A DNA stretch of 64,000 nt, taken from contig BFEA01000023.1 in NCBI GenBank assembly GCA_003427395.1, positions 5,795,338 to 5,859,337 on the forward strand, written 5' to 3'. Position numbers and translations under genes: made by a program. The notes beneath the pieces were generated by a model that did no database searches, had not been told where the DNA came from, and worked only from the letters and a program-made list of their open reading frames with translations. The stretch's first letter is position 1, and each line of letters starts with the position of its first letter. This document shows, piece by piece, positions 11,161-24,204 of the stretch. Source of the DNA: Chara braunii (Eukaryota; Plantae; Charophyceae).

Positions 11161-12379
11161 NNNNNNNNNNNNNNNNNNNNNNNNNNNNNNNNNNNNNNNN
11201 NNNNNNNNNNNNNNNNNNNNNNNNNNNNNNNNNNNNNNNNNNNNNNNNNNNNNNNNNNNNNNNNNNNNNNNNNNNNNNNNNNNNNNNNNNNNNNNNNNNN
11301 NNNNNNNNNNNNNNNNNNNNNNNNNNNNNNNNNNNNNNNNNNNNNNNNNNNNNNNNNNNNNNNNNNNNNNNNNNNNNNNNNNNNNNNNNNNNNNNNNNNN
11401 NNNNNNNNNNNNNNNNNNNNNNNNNNNNNNNNNNNNNNNNNNNNNNNNNNNNNNNNNNNNNNNNNNNNNNNNNNNNNNNNNNNNNNNNNNATGTATCTGT
11501 TTTTTTTTTTGTTTTTTTCCCTCGACTATGGATGTATCTGTTTTCTTTGTTTTTTTTACCTCGACTATGCATGCATCTTCCCTCTCCAAAAAAGAGCGAA
11601 TTTCCAGGAAAATCACAGCGCGTATTAGATATCTCATTCTTGGTGATGGGATCAAGGACAATGTCTCTGGAAGAAAAGCTGACGATGTAACATGCGCACC
11701 TCCTAACACCCACCCACCCACCCACCCACCCACCCACCCACCCTCGAAAATGCCGACACAGTTAGTATGCCAATTATTTTAACTGAAGTCAACGGAATAA
11801 AAAACGCTTGCAAAATTGGACTCGGAATAGACCGTAGTCAACGTCAGGAAAAAAAAAAAAAAAAGAAAAAGAAAAAGAAATAGACCATAGATACAGTATT
11901 ATGAGAGCTACAATAATCCTTCCTACGCAGCCGCCGTTTTCTTGAAGAAAAGTGTGACGAGGACATTTTGCGTATCTATTTTCTCGGCTTTCGTCCATCC
12001 TTTTTGGCTCCCCATCCTCATCCCCATCCCCATCCCAACCCCCACCCCCACCCCCTTATGGTTACATATGTGTTTAACTTCCTTCCTTTGTTCATTCCTT
12101 TCTTTTTCTTTGAAAAAAAAAAAAACCTTGGTATTTCTTTTTCTCTTCCGTCGAGCCTCCGCTACACTCCTCTTGCTTTCGTCTGATATTACGCATTTTG
12201 CCACTTTTTTCACTCAGCTGTCAACTTAGAGAAGCGACGCTTCTTCTTCTTCTTCTTCTTCTTTTTCTTCTTCTTCTTCTTCTTCTTCCTCCTCCTCCTC
12301 AATGAGTTGGGAGGTCAGCAGGTGGGCCCGCAAGGCATGGTAGAGCGGAAAGCCCCCTGAGTATGATCGGAGCGCAGCG

Positions 12380-12457
12380 ATGGAGCGCGCGTCGGGGAAT
12401 GTGCGCGTTCTCTGGGACATGAATACGCGGTTTTGTAATGGACAATTTGTGAACCGT
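12380..12457 (+). CDS. Candidate exon 1 of NYN/PIN-like domain gene or pseudogene
   Basis: MERASGNVRVLWDMNTRFCNGQFVNR then a phase-0 donor GTATGC. VRVLWD resembles the NYN N-terminal V.V.WD motif. (TTC)n leader upstream. An in-frame ATG at 12302 is separated by TAG at 12341. Confidence 0.3.
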
Positions 12458-12663
12458 GTATGCAAGACAGTTGGCCCCCCTCTTGTGCACTTTTCACTCT
12501 TCTTCTTCTTCTTCTTCTTCTTCTTCTTCTTCTTCTTCTTCTATCCTCCTTTTTTTGGGGGGGAAAAGGTGTTGGACTTAGTCTGCAAGCATACTCCTAA
12601 AAGAAGGACGCTATTCAACGATTACCATTGAAAGGAATTTAGTTCCGCGACTGCCCTTCTCAG

Positions 12664-12797
12664 ATTGCGGTACTGTACAAGTTCAGTATAACTGTAGCCG
12701 AACTGCAGCCGAGCATGTCTTTGCACAGTTACCGTAAGACCGCAGCTGCATCTGGATTTGTTTATGAACCTGGCGATCTGGTCATCTTCACAACCAG
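12664..12797 (+). CDS. Candidate exon 2 of NYN-like gene
   Basis: CTTCTCAG| acceptor (alternative in-frame start 12643), open frame IAVLYKFS...EPGDLVIFTT, donor CAG|GTACGT in phase 2. Confidence 0.35.
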
Positions 12798-13621
12798 GTA
12801 CGTTCTTGCGGAAATAGCGGCATCAAGTTGTTATATGAGCTTGTACCAATGACAATGCTGCAGAAAGAGAGGGGGAGGGGGGACAAAAAACTGGAGAGTT
12901 CAGTGAACCTACAAACATGGAAATATTATTTGCTTTTTTGTCGTTTCCTAGAGCAAAGCATAGGCCAACTGATGTAGGAGTGTTTGGTGAACCAAAAATG
13001 ATTACCCTCCCAAAGAATGGTAGAGAAAGTAAAGCATTTAATGAAATTTTAATTTAGTCAGTAATAACATGGGTCCAATAGGTGGTGCACTATAATTGTG
13101 GTGGCTCAAGTGATCATTGGACGGAGTTTTGGGGTACCGTGTTTTGGGGGTGGTTTATTTTGGTACCATTGTACGGCGTTTTGGGGTTCTTTATTTCGGT
13201 AACCGTAAGAGGAGAGCATGCCCATTGCGTGGGGATTTCCTCCCCCTCCGGTTCTTCTTCATCTCTCTTGTTAGTCTGCACGTTTTTTAATTTGGTTATG
13301 TCTGAGCCGCGGTTGAAAGAAGACTTTGATTTGTTGCTTGGGCAACTACTGTAGTCATTGGCCTCGCTATACTCTTATTTTACGCCATTCTTTCTTTACT
13401 TTCTTTTCCTTATCCTTTTTCTTTCTCAGACTTGGCCTTTCCTTTTCTCGTTCTTTTGGTTGGTTTCCTTGTTTCGGTACGCACATAAATAATATTTTGA
13501 AATTGTGGCGATAAAGATTTTTGGAATTGTCAATTTTCCCAACCGCCAGTACACGGCCCTAGCCTTGCAGAAAACATTTTTTCGTCCCCACTACACTGTA
13601 GCGCCGCAGCAATATATATAT

Positions 13622-13970
13622 GTATAGGCCATGGTGTGCCTCTAGTGCCAGCGGAGTGTCTGGAGTGTATTTTTTGGCTGTGACAGACCTTTCTTTGTTT
13701 CGTGGATGTTTTGCTGGCTTGTGATGGGGTGTGAACCGACAGTCTGTAGAGTTTTCCATCTGGTGTGGGTGAGTGATAGTCTACTTTGATTTTGGTTAAG
13801 GTAGATTATCATTTACAGTGTAATCAGTGAGGGGATTCTGCAGACTGTTGAGGGTTCAGCCTCCTGATGAGTCGGTGAAACTCCGACGAAACAGTTTGTC
13901 ACAGCCCCTCGTTTGTTGTCCTCTTCTCTCTCTCTGCCTACGGTTTACCGGGCAGTTCTGTTTGTGACGA
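13622..13970 (+). mobile_element. Longest copy of HHR-bearing (TA)n-associated element
   Basis: Begins after a TA repeat and ends TTTGTGACGA(TA)n. Followed by a tandem 5'-truncated copy at 14013-14085. Confidence 0.8.
13841..13898 (+). ncRNA. Type III hammerhead ribozyme, intact
   Basis: CAGACTGT-T|GAGG-GTTCAG-CCTC-CTGATGA-GTCGG-TGAAACT-CCGAC-GAA-ACAGTTTG. All core nucleotides are present; predicted cleavage 3' of GUU at 13849. Stem III is extended by GAGGGG/CCCCTC. Confidence 0.88.
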
Positions 13971-15159
13971 TATATATATATATATATCTATTCGACGATA
14001 TATATTTATTTATGTCACAACCCATCGTTTGTTGTCCTCTTCTCTCTCTGCCTACGGTTTTACCGGGCAGTTCTGTTTGTGACGATATATATATATATAT
14101 ATCTATTCGACGATATATATTTATTGGGAAAACACCGCAACAATAGGGGCTGGCACACACTGTTGATAAAAACCGTCAATGACCGGAGTCACGTTTTGGG
14201 CCAGGCCCTCTGAAAGTTGGGGTGTCAGGCCAGCGGCCTCAGGTGCCCCCGTGTACAGGAGGGGTGCTGGTTATAGGAGACCTCAATTTTCATGCACCGT
14301 CGCATGCCATTTATAACAAAACCCAAGGGTCATTTTAACCAAACTTGCCACCAAATCATAGAGTGGGTGGAGATCATACTAACTAGTTAGTCGTTACGGA
14401 AAAAAAAAAAAAAAAAAAAAAAAGTTTAAAGAACACTAAGAGAACCTATAAAACAGCAAGGCAAAAGTGCACTTTCATGAGATTTTGCCAACATTCCAAT
14501 AATTATTTCAGAAATCTTGAGAAAATTCGGAATTTCTCATCAGAGGAAAGAAATTCCAATGGCCCAAATGCTCAGGAGTTGAAAGTGGGGTCGCCGTTAA
14601 CCACTTGTAATGTACTGGTGGAAGCAAAACTGCAGCAGCTGCTCTCGTATGCAAGCTCACGAAGACGAAATCAATCCGCGCGATCACAAGATATAGGCAC
14701 TGAAGGCACACAAGTTGAGTCCTTTAGCATACTCTGACATGCAGACTATATAGAACATTTGCAATGAAAGTAGTTAAGGAAAAAAAAGAACTCGTAAACG
14801 GCCTACCTGCCTGCTCTCGCTTCAATCCCTGGCATCGTCGTTGCCTTAGCACATCACTCTTCCCTTTTGCTAAGACCCTCAATGTGAGTGCTCTTACTGG
14901 TGGTGGGAGTGCTACCAGGAGGTTTGACCATTGGTTTGGTGGATGCTGGTCTTCCTGTTTTGGACTAATATAGTACGCGACTTCCAGGTTAGGTTTGCTA
15001 CTGTCTATTTCAAATTGTTGTTGTGATTCTCCACTTGTCGATGTCGTTGAAGTACTTTGTGATGTTGATTCTCCAGTTGTTGATTTTGTTGAAGTGAATA
15101 TTAGGGAATTTAAAGTGGAGTATGATGGGACACGGGACCCAGGGCCAAATCCTGGCACA

Positions 15160-16810
15160 GTGTGACATGAGTGACATATTATTGCCATGGGATCTAACAG
15201 ATCCGATGCCCAGACATAGGGGGTGTAAAAGAATTTAATAAAACGTTAAAAGAAAATTGAAAAAAAAGGGGTTTAGAAGAATTTAATTAAATTGTTAAAA
15301 AAAAAAAAAAGAAGAAGAATAGTCCCTCAACACTGCCAATGGGCCTATTGGTCTCCAAAATTGAGAGTGAATCGAGTGTCGTCAGACTCTCGATTTTGGC
15401 TGAAATAGAGGCCTACTCTCGATTGGGCATGCTCTCGAAATACTTCCCTTTCTTCTTTTTTTTTTTTTCCTTTTTTTTTTCAACACAAAATGGCAAGAAG
15501 AGAAAAGAGAAAAGAACTACCATAGTAACTATTCTGGGTCCTGGAGAGGACTAGACTTTTGAGAGTGCTGCAGGCTGCGGATCTCAAAGGGCCCTCTTTG
15601 TTAACTCTCGACCGATATTCAAGGCTACCATCTTCCACCGAGCAGAACGCACCCTGATAATGAAAGCTACATTTCCCGTCAGGTACAGCCAAACAAGGGT
15701 GCGTTGTGTTCGGGGGAAGACCGTAGCAAGTGGAGCTCGATGCTCCACTCTTGGAAATTGCTCAGTAGAGAGTAGTGGAATGAGGCCCAATGTCCACACA
15801 ATCCTTTTCCTGCCCAAGCGCCCAGGGTCCTCGTTTCTAGCCTAGGAAGCAGTACCCTACAAATGAGGGTCCTCGTTTTCTTCCTTTTGGTTACACTCTC
15901 TGAAGAAATCTGTGGTAAAAAAAAAAATAAAAAAAATAAAAAATCTGTGGTTGCACTCTCTGAAGAAATCTGTGGTTGGTCTGTTATAGTTGTCAGATGC
16001 AACTGTCGTGTCTCTCCTTACCTTTTTTTGCTCCCTTCGCAATTGATATAGCAGATCATTCGGGCAGCTCACGGATCTAACGGCTGCAGATAAAAGAGCT
16101 GGCTGTTTTTTTTTTCTAGCGGCCTCAGGCTGGCTGTCCCACGAATCCAAACTGAACAAAACACCTGCTAGTGGGACTTGGGCGAAGTTCCACTGGTGGT
16201 GGGACGTTGCCCAAGTCCCACTAGTGGGGGTTTAGTTTGGAATCTTAGTGCAGTGTCACGTGAGTGACATACTATAATTGCCTCTGGATCTGACAGATCC
16301 GACGCCCAGACATAGGGCGTTTAGAAGAATTTAATAAAATGCTAAAGAAAAGTAAAAAGAAATAAAAAGAAATGAATAGTCTATTGACATTGGCAATGCC
16401 CACACAATCCTTTTCCCGCCCAAACGCCTAGGGTCCTCGCTTCTATCCTAGGTAGAAGCGTCGGATAGAAGCAGTGCGCTAGAAACGAGAACGAGGACCC
16501 CCTTGTTTTCTTCCTTTTGGTGACACAGTCAGTCTCTGAAGAAATCTGTGGTTGGTCTGTTAGTTCTCAGATACAACTGCACCGTCTCTCTTTACCTTTC
16601 TCTTTTTCTTTCTTTCTTTTTTTTTTTCTTTTTTTTTTGGGACTTTACCTTTGCTCACTCCCTACACAGTTGATATAGCAGTTCTTTTTGGTGCAGCCCA
16701 CGAATCTAATGGCTGCAGATAAGAGCTGGATTTTTTTTTTTTTTTTTTTTTTTTTTGGGTATCCTGGCTGTTGCACGAATCGAAAATTAAACGAAACCCC
16801 TGCTAGTCGC
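15160..16810. repeat. Diverged tandem duplication containing a LINE 3' remnant and a central hairpin
   Basis: 15160-15250 ~ 16252-16345 and 15785-16170 ~ 16395-16805. Minus-strand LVWLYLTGNVAFIIRVRSARW resembles an L1 ORF2 C-terminus. Hairpin at ~16146-16241. Confidence 0.55.
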
Positions 16811-19800
16811 GGCAGCATGCCCACCATGACTCTGAAAAAATGGCTGGGAAAATGTACTGGTGGTTCAAACCACCTGTATGTCTCCCAGCTCTTTTTTCAG
16901 AGATGTGGCTTGCATGCTGCCACAACTTTGCCGGACCAGCCAAAAGGAGGCCCGTGCTGTTTGGTGTTTTTTTCTTTGGCGCGCAGCATCGTCCCAGCCG
17001 CAGAGAAAATTGCCTTGGAAGCACTGGTGGTTTAAGAAAAAATAAAAATACTCATTCCTGTCCTCAAACTACCAGTACTTTTGACCCTTCCCTTGCAGAA
17101 CCTGGAAACACCTGTGCTGGGTCTTTCTTTGGCTGCCGCCGCCAGCCATTTGATCTGGTAGGCTGAAACTATCAGCATTCACGCTGATCCATCGGGAAAA
17201 AATGCCATTTGATCTGGTAGTCCGAAACTATCAGCATTCACGCTGATCCATCGGGAAAAAATGACTGGCAGACGAACTGGTGGTTTAAGATCTCTCTTTT
17301 ACTAAATTTGATCGTTTGTCTGTTGTAATGCTAGCGTGACCCGCCTATGCTTCCATGTCATGTGCCCTTTTTGCCAAACTTTTTAAGTGCTTAAAACTGC
17401 TTTTTAAATGTTTGAAATTGGGGCCGGTTGGCCCTTTTCTCGTACCAAGCAGGCTGCGTAGGTGCTGAACGATGCCGGGCTCTGGACGTATAGATCGTCG
17501 CGGGGATGTACCTCGTGTTGTGAGGAGAGCCGCATCATTGGGTGGTGTCTGTAGTTGATAGGCTAGTATAGGTGCTGTCTGATTTTAGTCTGGGCAATGA
17601 GCGCCGTATAGAAGAGCGGCATCGGAAACATTGATGGCGGAGGCGAGATGGGAGCTTACATTCTCAATTGAGTTCATTGCTTTGCTCTTGTTTGGTGTGT
17701 ATCTTTTAGAGCATTCTACTTTCTGGTTGGCACGCGACTATCTGGCTTTCAATGGGATGATGCGATTTGGTGTCTGTCAGTTGCGCTGCTCATTTTCCTT
17801 CCAAAGAGGCTTGAGGCTCAGAGGTAGTGGTGGGTTAAGGCCTGGAAGAACTTGCAAGCGGTTGCGGTCCTGACATGTACACAGTGATGGCCACCTAAGG
17901 CAAAGAGAGTGGGGAACACCAATTTTTGAAAGCAATTGTACAAAGCAAATAGAAAGGAGTTTTCTCCTTGGCCCCCGACTTAGCCTCTTTCCCTGACAAA
18001 GAGGCCCATTTTCTAGTGATGGGGGCCAGCGCATCCCTGACCCTGGAAGGGTGGTCATCTATGCCCATCTGAGGAGACGTCTCTTGAGACACTGGCCCGA
18101 TTTTCTATCACTAAAGCCACCGCTGTGGCCCCCGCCACGTTTTACCAACTCACAACAGCTGGTCGTGGTGGTTTCTTGTTTTGCCCGATTTTATTCTCAG
18201 AGGGTTCTGTGGGGAACCCATAAGGTTTGGTTTGAATTGAGGTGCGCGGGATTATGTTGTCTCTTCAGATTCCAAGAGGGACGGACCACATTGGTTGGTT
18301 TGTTCAAGAGGGACGGACCACATTGGTTGGTTTGTTTTCTTTTGCCGGATAGGGGAGGCAAACGTGGCCACGCTTGCTATATAGCGCAGGCTATTGTTGT
18401 TTTTTCGCCCCCCTCCTAGTATGTGCACTCTGGGATGAAAGTTAATGTTCATTCCCACTTGCTGTGTAGCGCAGGGTATCATTCTTTTTTTTTTTTTTTT
18501 TTTTTCCCCTCCCAGTCTGAGTGCTCTGGGGTGAAAGTCCATATTCAATTCTTCGAGCCTATTGTTTAGGGCCAAGCAGCGGACAAAAAAGTATGCCAGT
18601 AGAGCATTGAAGTGTCTAAAATAGCCCTGTGGGAAGCTGGTCTAGGGGTCTGCAGATCCAGCCTGGCCATCTGAACTGGAAGGGTAGTGTGTTCACTACT
18701 GCGGCCCCACTCAGTCTGATGTTGACAATGATCACCAGCCTCCCAGCCTCCTGGCTGCACCTTTTCTATCACGCTCTTTTTTTCGTTTTTCCTTTCCTTT
18801 TTCTTATGCGTTTTCATCCGTCATTTATGATAGGCAGAAGGATGAAGTAACCACTCCTGCTAACGCCAGAATGTGGTGATGTACCTAATGACAGATGTGT
18901 TTGCAGACCTGGGCACAATGATTACCGACTCTGTTTTCATTGGTAGTCTTCTTAGAGACCTGCGTTCTTTTCATAGTAATACGGATACATAGCTTTAATG
19001 CTTTGAAAATTGAAACTGAAGTGTAAGGCTGGGGTGCCTGTTCACTAGCAGAAGGAGAAACTCACACCTGAGCCAATCCATTCTGCATCCAAGCCACAAA
19101 TAATCTGAGTGGATGGGGAAACGGAGAAGGATCTTGTGGGCCAGGAATAAATAATAAGGGCACTCGCAAATTGCAAGGAGTGGCCAGAGATGACTAAGAT
19201 CCCATTCCCAGAAAGCAGGAGCTAGCTAGCACCCACTCCGGTGAGATTCCTGCGTGCAGCCGGCAACATGTAAGGGCTCTGATGGCATGGTGTCGTACTC
19301 GACAGCAGAGGACTGAGCATCATCATGATGACACTTGCGAGACTCGTCTGAATGAGGAGCACGATTCTTTTTTTGCTCATTGTTCTTCCTGCAAATTGAA
19401 TCATTTTCTGCAAACCTGTCTTCTAGAGACTCTATTCCTGGAAAAGAGGAAGATTGCATTATCTGTTCGGGGGAAGACATTGGAGCATAAAGAGTAGTGT
19501 TCACAAGCTCCGTATGAAATGGCAAGTCTGAATGGAACGGGAGTAACACTGTAGCGAAAAGCTAGACTAAGTATGACTCTTTTAGTCTCGATCCCTTTGT
19601 ACACGTCATTTGTGAGTGTGGACCCTGGACTACCTCCCTTGTCTGATTAGTTAGTGAGCGCATGCGGGATCGATGTGATGAGATGGGCTGAGTCCCCTGC
19701 CGCAGGCAGGGTCTGCACATGCGCCGACAAAGGAATTTCATATCCCAAATGTTCTGTTAACTGGGCTGATCACCCCGTTGTGCATTTGGCGCCCACCCTT

Positions 19801-20817
19801 TGTGATTTGGCTAGGTTCCCGATTATTGATGAGGGAGGCATCATGTGTGAATGGGATGTGTGAGAGAAGTACTGGGCAGCAACCAGTGACAAGCTGTGTC
19901 CCTGAGCGAGCATTATTGTGCCCAGCATGCACACAAGGGGTTTGTGATTGTAGAAACCACTTTAAATTTCCTCCTTATTCTCTCCTTTTGCCGTTTTAGC
20001 TAATGACCATACCCTGGCCAGCTATAGCTGAGATTTGGGCCTGTACGCTCAACTACTGGATTTTGTTGGTGTGAAGCTTGATAAGCACAGAAAGGCAACA
20101 AGAAGAGGTGATCGAAATTTGGCGCTCCTATGACTATGACTCTGAGCTCTGCGACTAGAGAAGGAAACCCATAGTAGCTTCACAGTGATACGCGCGGTTC
20201 GTCCTATACCGTTCAGCATACGTGAACCATCGACTTGGCATCGCCACTCAAATGAAATTTCACACCAAGCAGGAGCTAACACTCCCCCTAATGTCCCCCA
20301 TGTGCACGCTGCAACAGTCCCAGCACCCCCCCTTGCCTCCCCCATGCAGAGGATGCATGGTTTGATGCCCTTCGGCACTCCCCTTTGCTTCCTCCATGCT
20401 TGGAAAGCATGTTGCAATGCTTCTTGACACTCCCCTTTGGCTTCTACAAACGTGGAAAGGATGCCGCAACACCACTGACACCCCTCACCTCTCTCCATGC
20501 ATAGAAATAGCTCATGTAGTGCCCCTTGACACTTCCCATCACTACCGCCGTGCAGGGAAAGCAGCAGACAACGCCCATCTCCAGTCTCCTTTCCTTCCCC
20601 AACTTTTCAATCCCCTTTTACACTCCCAATACCTCCTCAGAATGCGCTAAAAGCATAAAGCGATGCCCTGAACGCTGCCCCTGCCATGCCCAAAGAACTG
20701 AAATTTTGTCGGTATATTCCTTCCCGCTTTGCCTTCTATATGGCCTTCTGTGAGTGCGCATACGTGTGTTCACCAATGTTTCTTTCTTTTCTTTTTTTTT
20801 CTTTTTTTTTGAAAAAC

Positions 20818-20865
20818 AAAATGGACCATTTCTCGATTTATGCGCATCATCCTTGCGCAGGGGCC

Positions 20866-20897
<32 letters not shown>

Positions 20898-20916
20898 ACA
20901 GATGTCCACAAAGGAC
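20818..20916 (-). ncRNA. U6: U6 snRNA, full-length copy (possibly pseudogene)
   Basis: Reverse complement GTCCTTTGTGGACATCTGTTAAAATTGGAACGATACAGAGAAGATTAGCATGGCCCCTGCGCAAGGATGATGCGCATAAATCGAGAAATGGTCCATTTT. ACAGAGA box and AGC triad intact. Immediate upstream is an A-tract rather than USE/TATA. Confidence 0.9.
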
Positions 20917-20961
20917 CTTTTTTTTTTTTTTTTAATTTCAGTATATTTTTACTAATTTGCC

Positions 20962-21049
20962 ATTTGGACCATTTTTCAATTTATGTGTGTCATCCTTATG
21001 CAGGGACTGACTGTAATCTTCTCTGTATCGTTCCAATTTTAACGGATGT
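20962..21049 (-). pseudogene. U6: U6 snRNA decayed tandem copy
   Basis: Retains AAAATTGGAACGATACAGAGAAGATTA but has a mutated AGC triad/ISL and lacks the 5' hairpin. Confidence 0.85.
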
Positions 21050-21656
21050 TGTGCTTGTAATTCCGAATTCATTTTGTTCTACCTGCCAAAGCTATGTCCT
21101 TTTTTGTCAGTATGCATTTCCAAGCTTTGCTTTCTATTTGTCTTTCATGTGTGCGTACGTACATGTCTTGACCATTCTGAGGAAACGGATCCGAGCACCA
21201 GATAGTGTAGTTTTTGAAATTACTTCATCATGGCTTCATCATGGCCATATTGGAGTGCTGCTGCACGGGTTAGTTGGTGGAAACACCCCGCTAGAATGGA
21301 AATTCCTTATTTGGTCGGTCGTGCAAGTCTTTGTAAGTTTGTAGAGCTTCAAGGTCTTCGAGCGCAGAAGTTGCTTGCAACTTCCACCTGCTCGTCTGTG
21401 TGCATGTGCGCAACCTTCAAGCAGCACCAGAAATGCCCCACGTGTTAGGGCATGTGAAAGAACCTTCTCTGCCGGTTCCTTTGTATTCTCCACTTTCCTA
21501 TTTCAACCCCTCCTAGCAATGCAGCAAATAGAAGTGGACACAGCACAAATTACAGAGAGACCAACCCTGGTTACAGATGTACGCCCAATCCTTCAGTGCC
21601 ACGTGCCATCAGATTGGATTCTGCAGGGCCTGACATTGTCGAAGGAGTGTCATCCT

Positions 21657-21726
<70 letters not shown>

Positions 21727-22223
21727 NNNNNNNNNNNNNNNNNNNNNNNNNNNNNNNNNNNNNNNNNNNNNNNNNNNNNNNNNNNNNNNNNNNNNNNNNN
21801 NNNNNNNNNNNNNNNNNNNNNNNNNNNNNNNNNNNNNNNNNNNNNNNNNNNNNNNNNNNNNNNNNNNNNNNNNNNNNNNNNNNNNNNNNNNNNNNNNNNN
21901 NNNNNNNNNNNNNNNNNNNNNNNNNNNNNNNNNNNNNNNNNNNNNNNNNNNNNNNNNNNNNNNNNNNNNNNNNNNNNNNNNNNNNNNNNNNNNNNNNNNN
22001 NNNNNNNNNNNNNNNNNNNNNNNNNNNNNNNNNNNNNNNNNNNNNNNNNNNNNNNNNNNNNNNNNNNNNNNNNNNNNNNNNNNNNNNNNNNNNNNNNNNN
22101 NNNNNNNNNNNNNNNNNNNNNNNNNNNNNNNNNNNNNNNNNNNNNNNNNNNNNNNNNNNNNNNNNNNNNNNNNNNNNNNNNNNNNNNNNNNNNNNNNNNN
22201 NNNNNNNNNNNNNNNNNNNNNNN

Positions 22224-22309
<86 letters not shown>

Positions 22310-24204
22310 GCACATGCGAACACATACACACACACACACGCCTAAGCTCTCCACTGACAAAAAATAAACCCGGAATGCACATGGGATATATAAACAATCA
22401 TTCTCATTACCCAATCACCCGTGTTCCGCACATGCTGCTTCTTGGTGCATGATAAGGTTCAATGATGTTTACCATGCTACCATTCCCAAATCCCAAAACG
22501 AGGAAAGGGAACTGAAGTAGACATACACAGCAGTTTAGGAAAGGAACAAAATGATGACTTCAGGAGGTCCGATCCGATACTGTTTCAGAATCCGGCAGGA
22601 AGACCGAAAGCAAAATGAATAATAGGAATTTGTTAGGAGGGGGAAAGAAAATGTGTGGTCGTGAATGCGAGAAGGGCCGTAAGAGTACGGGTCTGGTCCA
22701 GTATCAGGATGAGCTAACTTTAGCAAGAAGATAATAATGTTCATCAAGGTTCATGAGCCTAGCACAGGATAGCTATGATGAACCCAGGCCTAGTGTCCCC
22801 AGGCCGCCCTCTACTTCGGCCCCACAGGACTGAAGTTTTCTTGAAGCTACAAAGCGAGCAGGATATCTGGCTGCTGTGCTGGCGATCGCTGCGCCATCAC
22901 AGATCTTGATATCCCAACAGGAGGCATGTCAACCCGGCTGTGGGCTACTGACCTCTTCATTTTTCTTGTTATATCGAACTTCTATATATAGCTGTAAAGT
23001 TGTGCCTAAACTGAAAAGAAACGATCTAAACACTAAAAGTACTCAGAAACATCAGGGCCTCGGTACCTTGCTGGTGGCTGAATATAGATATCCTTGGAAC
23101 TGTTGATCTAAAGATTAAGAGTTCGAACTCTGTTGGATACAATTACCTTAGGCCCAGGGGCTACACACTTTCGATTCACAAGAAAGAAGAAGAAAAAAGA
23201 AATGTAAAAAAGAACAAAACTCTAGGCCTGACTGTTGTGTCACCCGAGACGAGTACGTAGCTAACCCAAGGATAGGGTTGTTGGGATTGCAGTATTGGCA
23301 GTGCTGACATTATAGTATGGTTATGCCATTGGGAGGGTTATTTTCAAAGGTAGAATGGCACGACTGCCACTAGTTGTTTCCGAAATTCCACAATTGGCCT
23401 TGATGGGAAGTTACTTTAACAATTTCTCCTGTCAGAACGTACGTCGACATTTGCAGGTCTCTCTGCAGATCACGTGCCCTGCCGTGTCCACCTCTAGGCA
23501 ACTCTAGGTGCACTCTGACTATCTGCTCGTGGCGAGTTCCTTAGGTGGCGTGCAACAATGGTTTAAGCGGAAATTGATCTTAGGGCTGCGCTCCTCTGTC
23601 CAGCCAGAACCAAGTTAACGAGTCCTTGAGGGCAGAAACCTGAAGCACTGTTGCAAAAATGATACGAAAGTAACGAAAGTAGATAGTGCTGCAAGGGGTC
23701 CTCTATACATTGCCAATTTAATGTGCATTTTGCAGAAAAAGGGGTTACAGGCATTGGGAATTTGATGACTGCTGCCTTACAGGGCAGAGCCAAGCGAGCT
23801 CGTTGGGGTGACTATAAGGAAGATGAAAGTGGAGGAATGGATGATGACTTCAGTGCATGGGCAGCACAAGCACTTTTTATATACCAGAGTAGTTTTCACA
23901 GTACATTATCTCGGTGCTTAGCAGACAGGCAGGTGTACAAGATTGGTGAGGAGAGAAATTCTGTAGGCAGTCATGGAGCAAATAGTTTTGACTATCGTAC
24001 CAAGAGGAAAGCATGACCATCACCATGGTGCCTCTTCTGCTTGCAGACATTATAGCCCCCACTCCTTCATTCACCTGCTTTCCACTGCCTCAACCTTGCC
24101 GTGATGAAGCTTCTCGAGATGCATTGAATTGCTCTGTAATGCAGAATCTGCAACGAGGTGCCTGCTGACCAAAGCATTGCACTGGGAAGGCAGACGACAA
24201 AACC

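Noticed and set aside
13864-13910. Type I (minimal) hammerhead fold using GTC at 13898-13900
   Set aside because: No stem I partner directly 5' of CTGATGA; the type III fold pairs fully.
17450-20500. Coding-like fragments (possible LINE ORF1 or transposase remnants)
   Set aside because: Too degraded to assign by eye.
23736-23932. Exon-like ORF (EKGVTGIGNLMTAALQG...) with a TTTTGCAG acceptor
   Set aside because: The long open frame is phase 1, incompatible with the neighbouring candidate exons; weak donor; no domain recognised.
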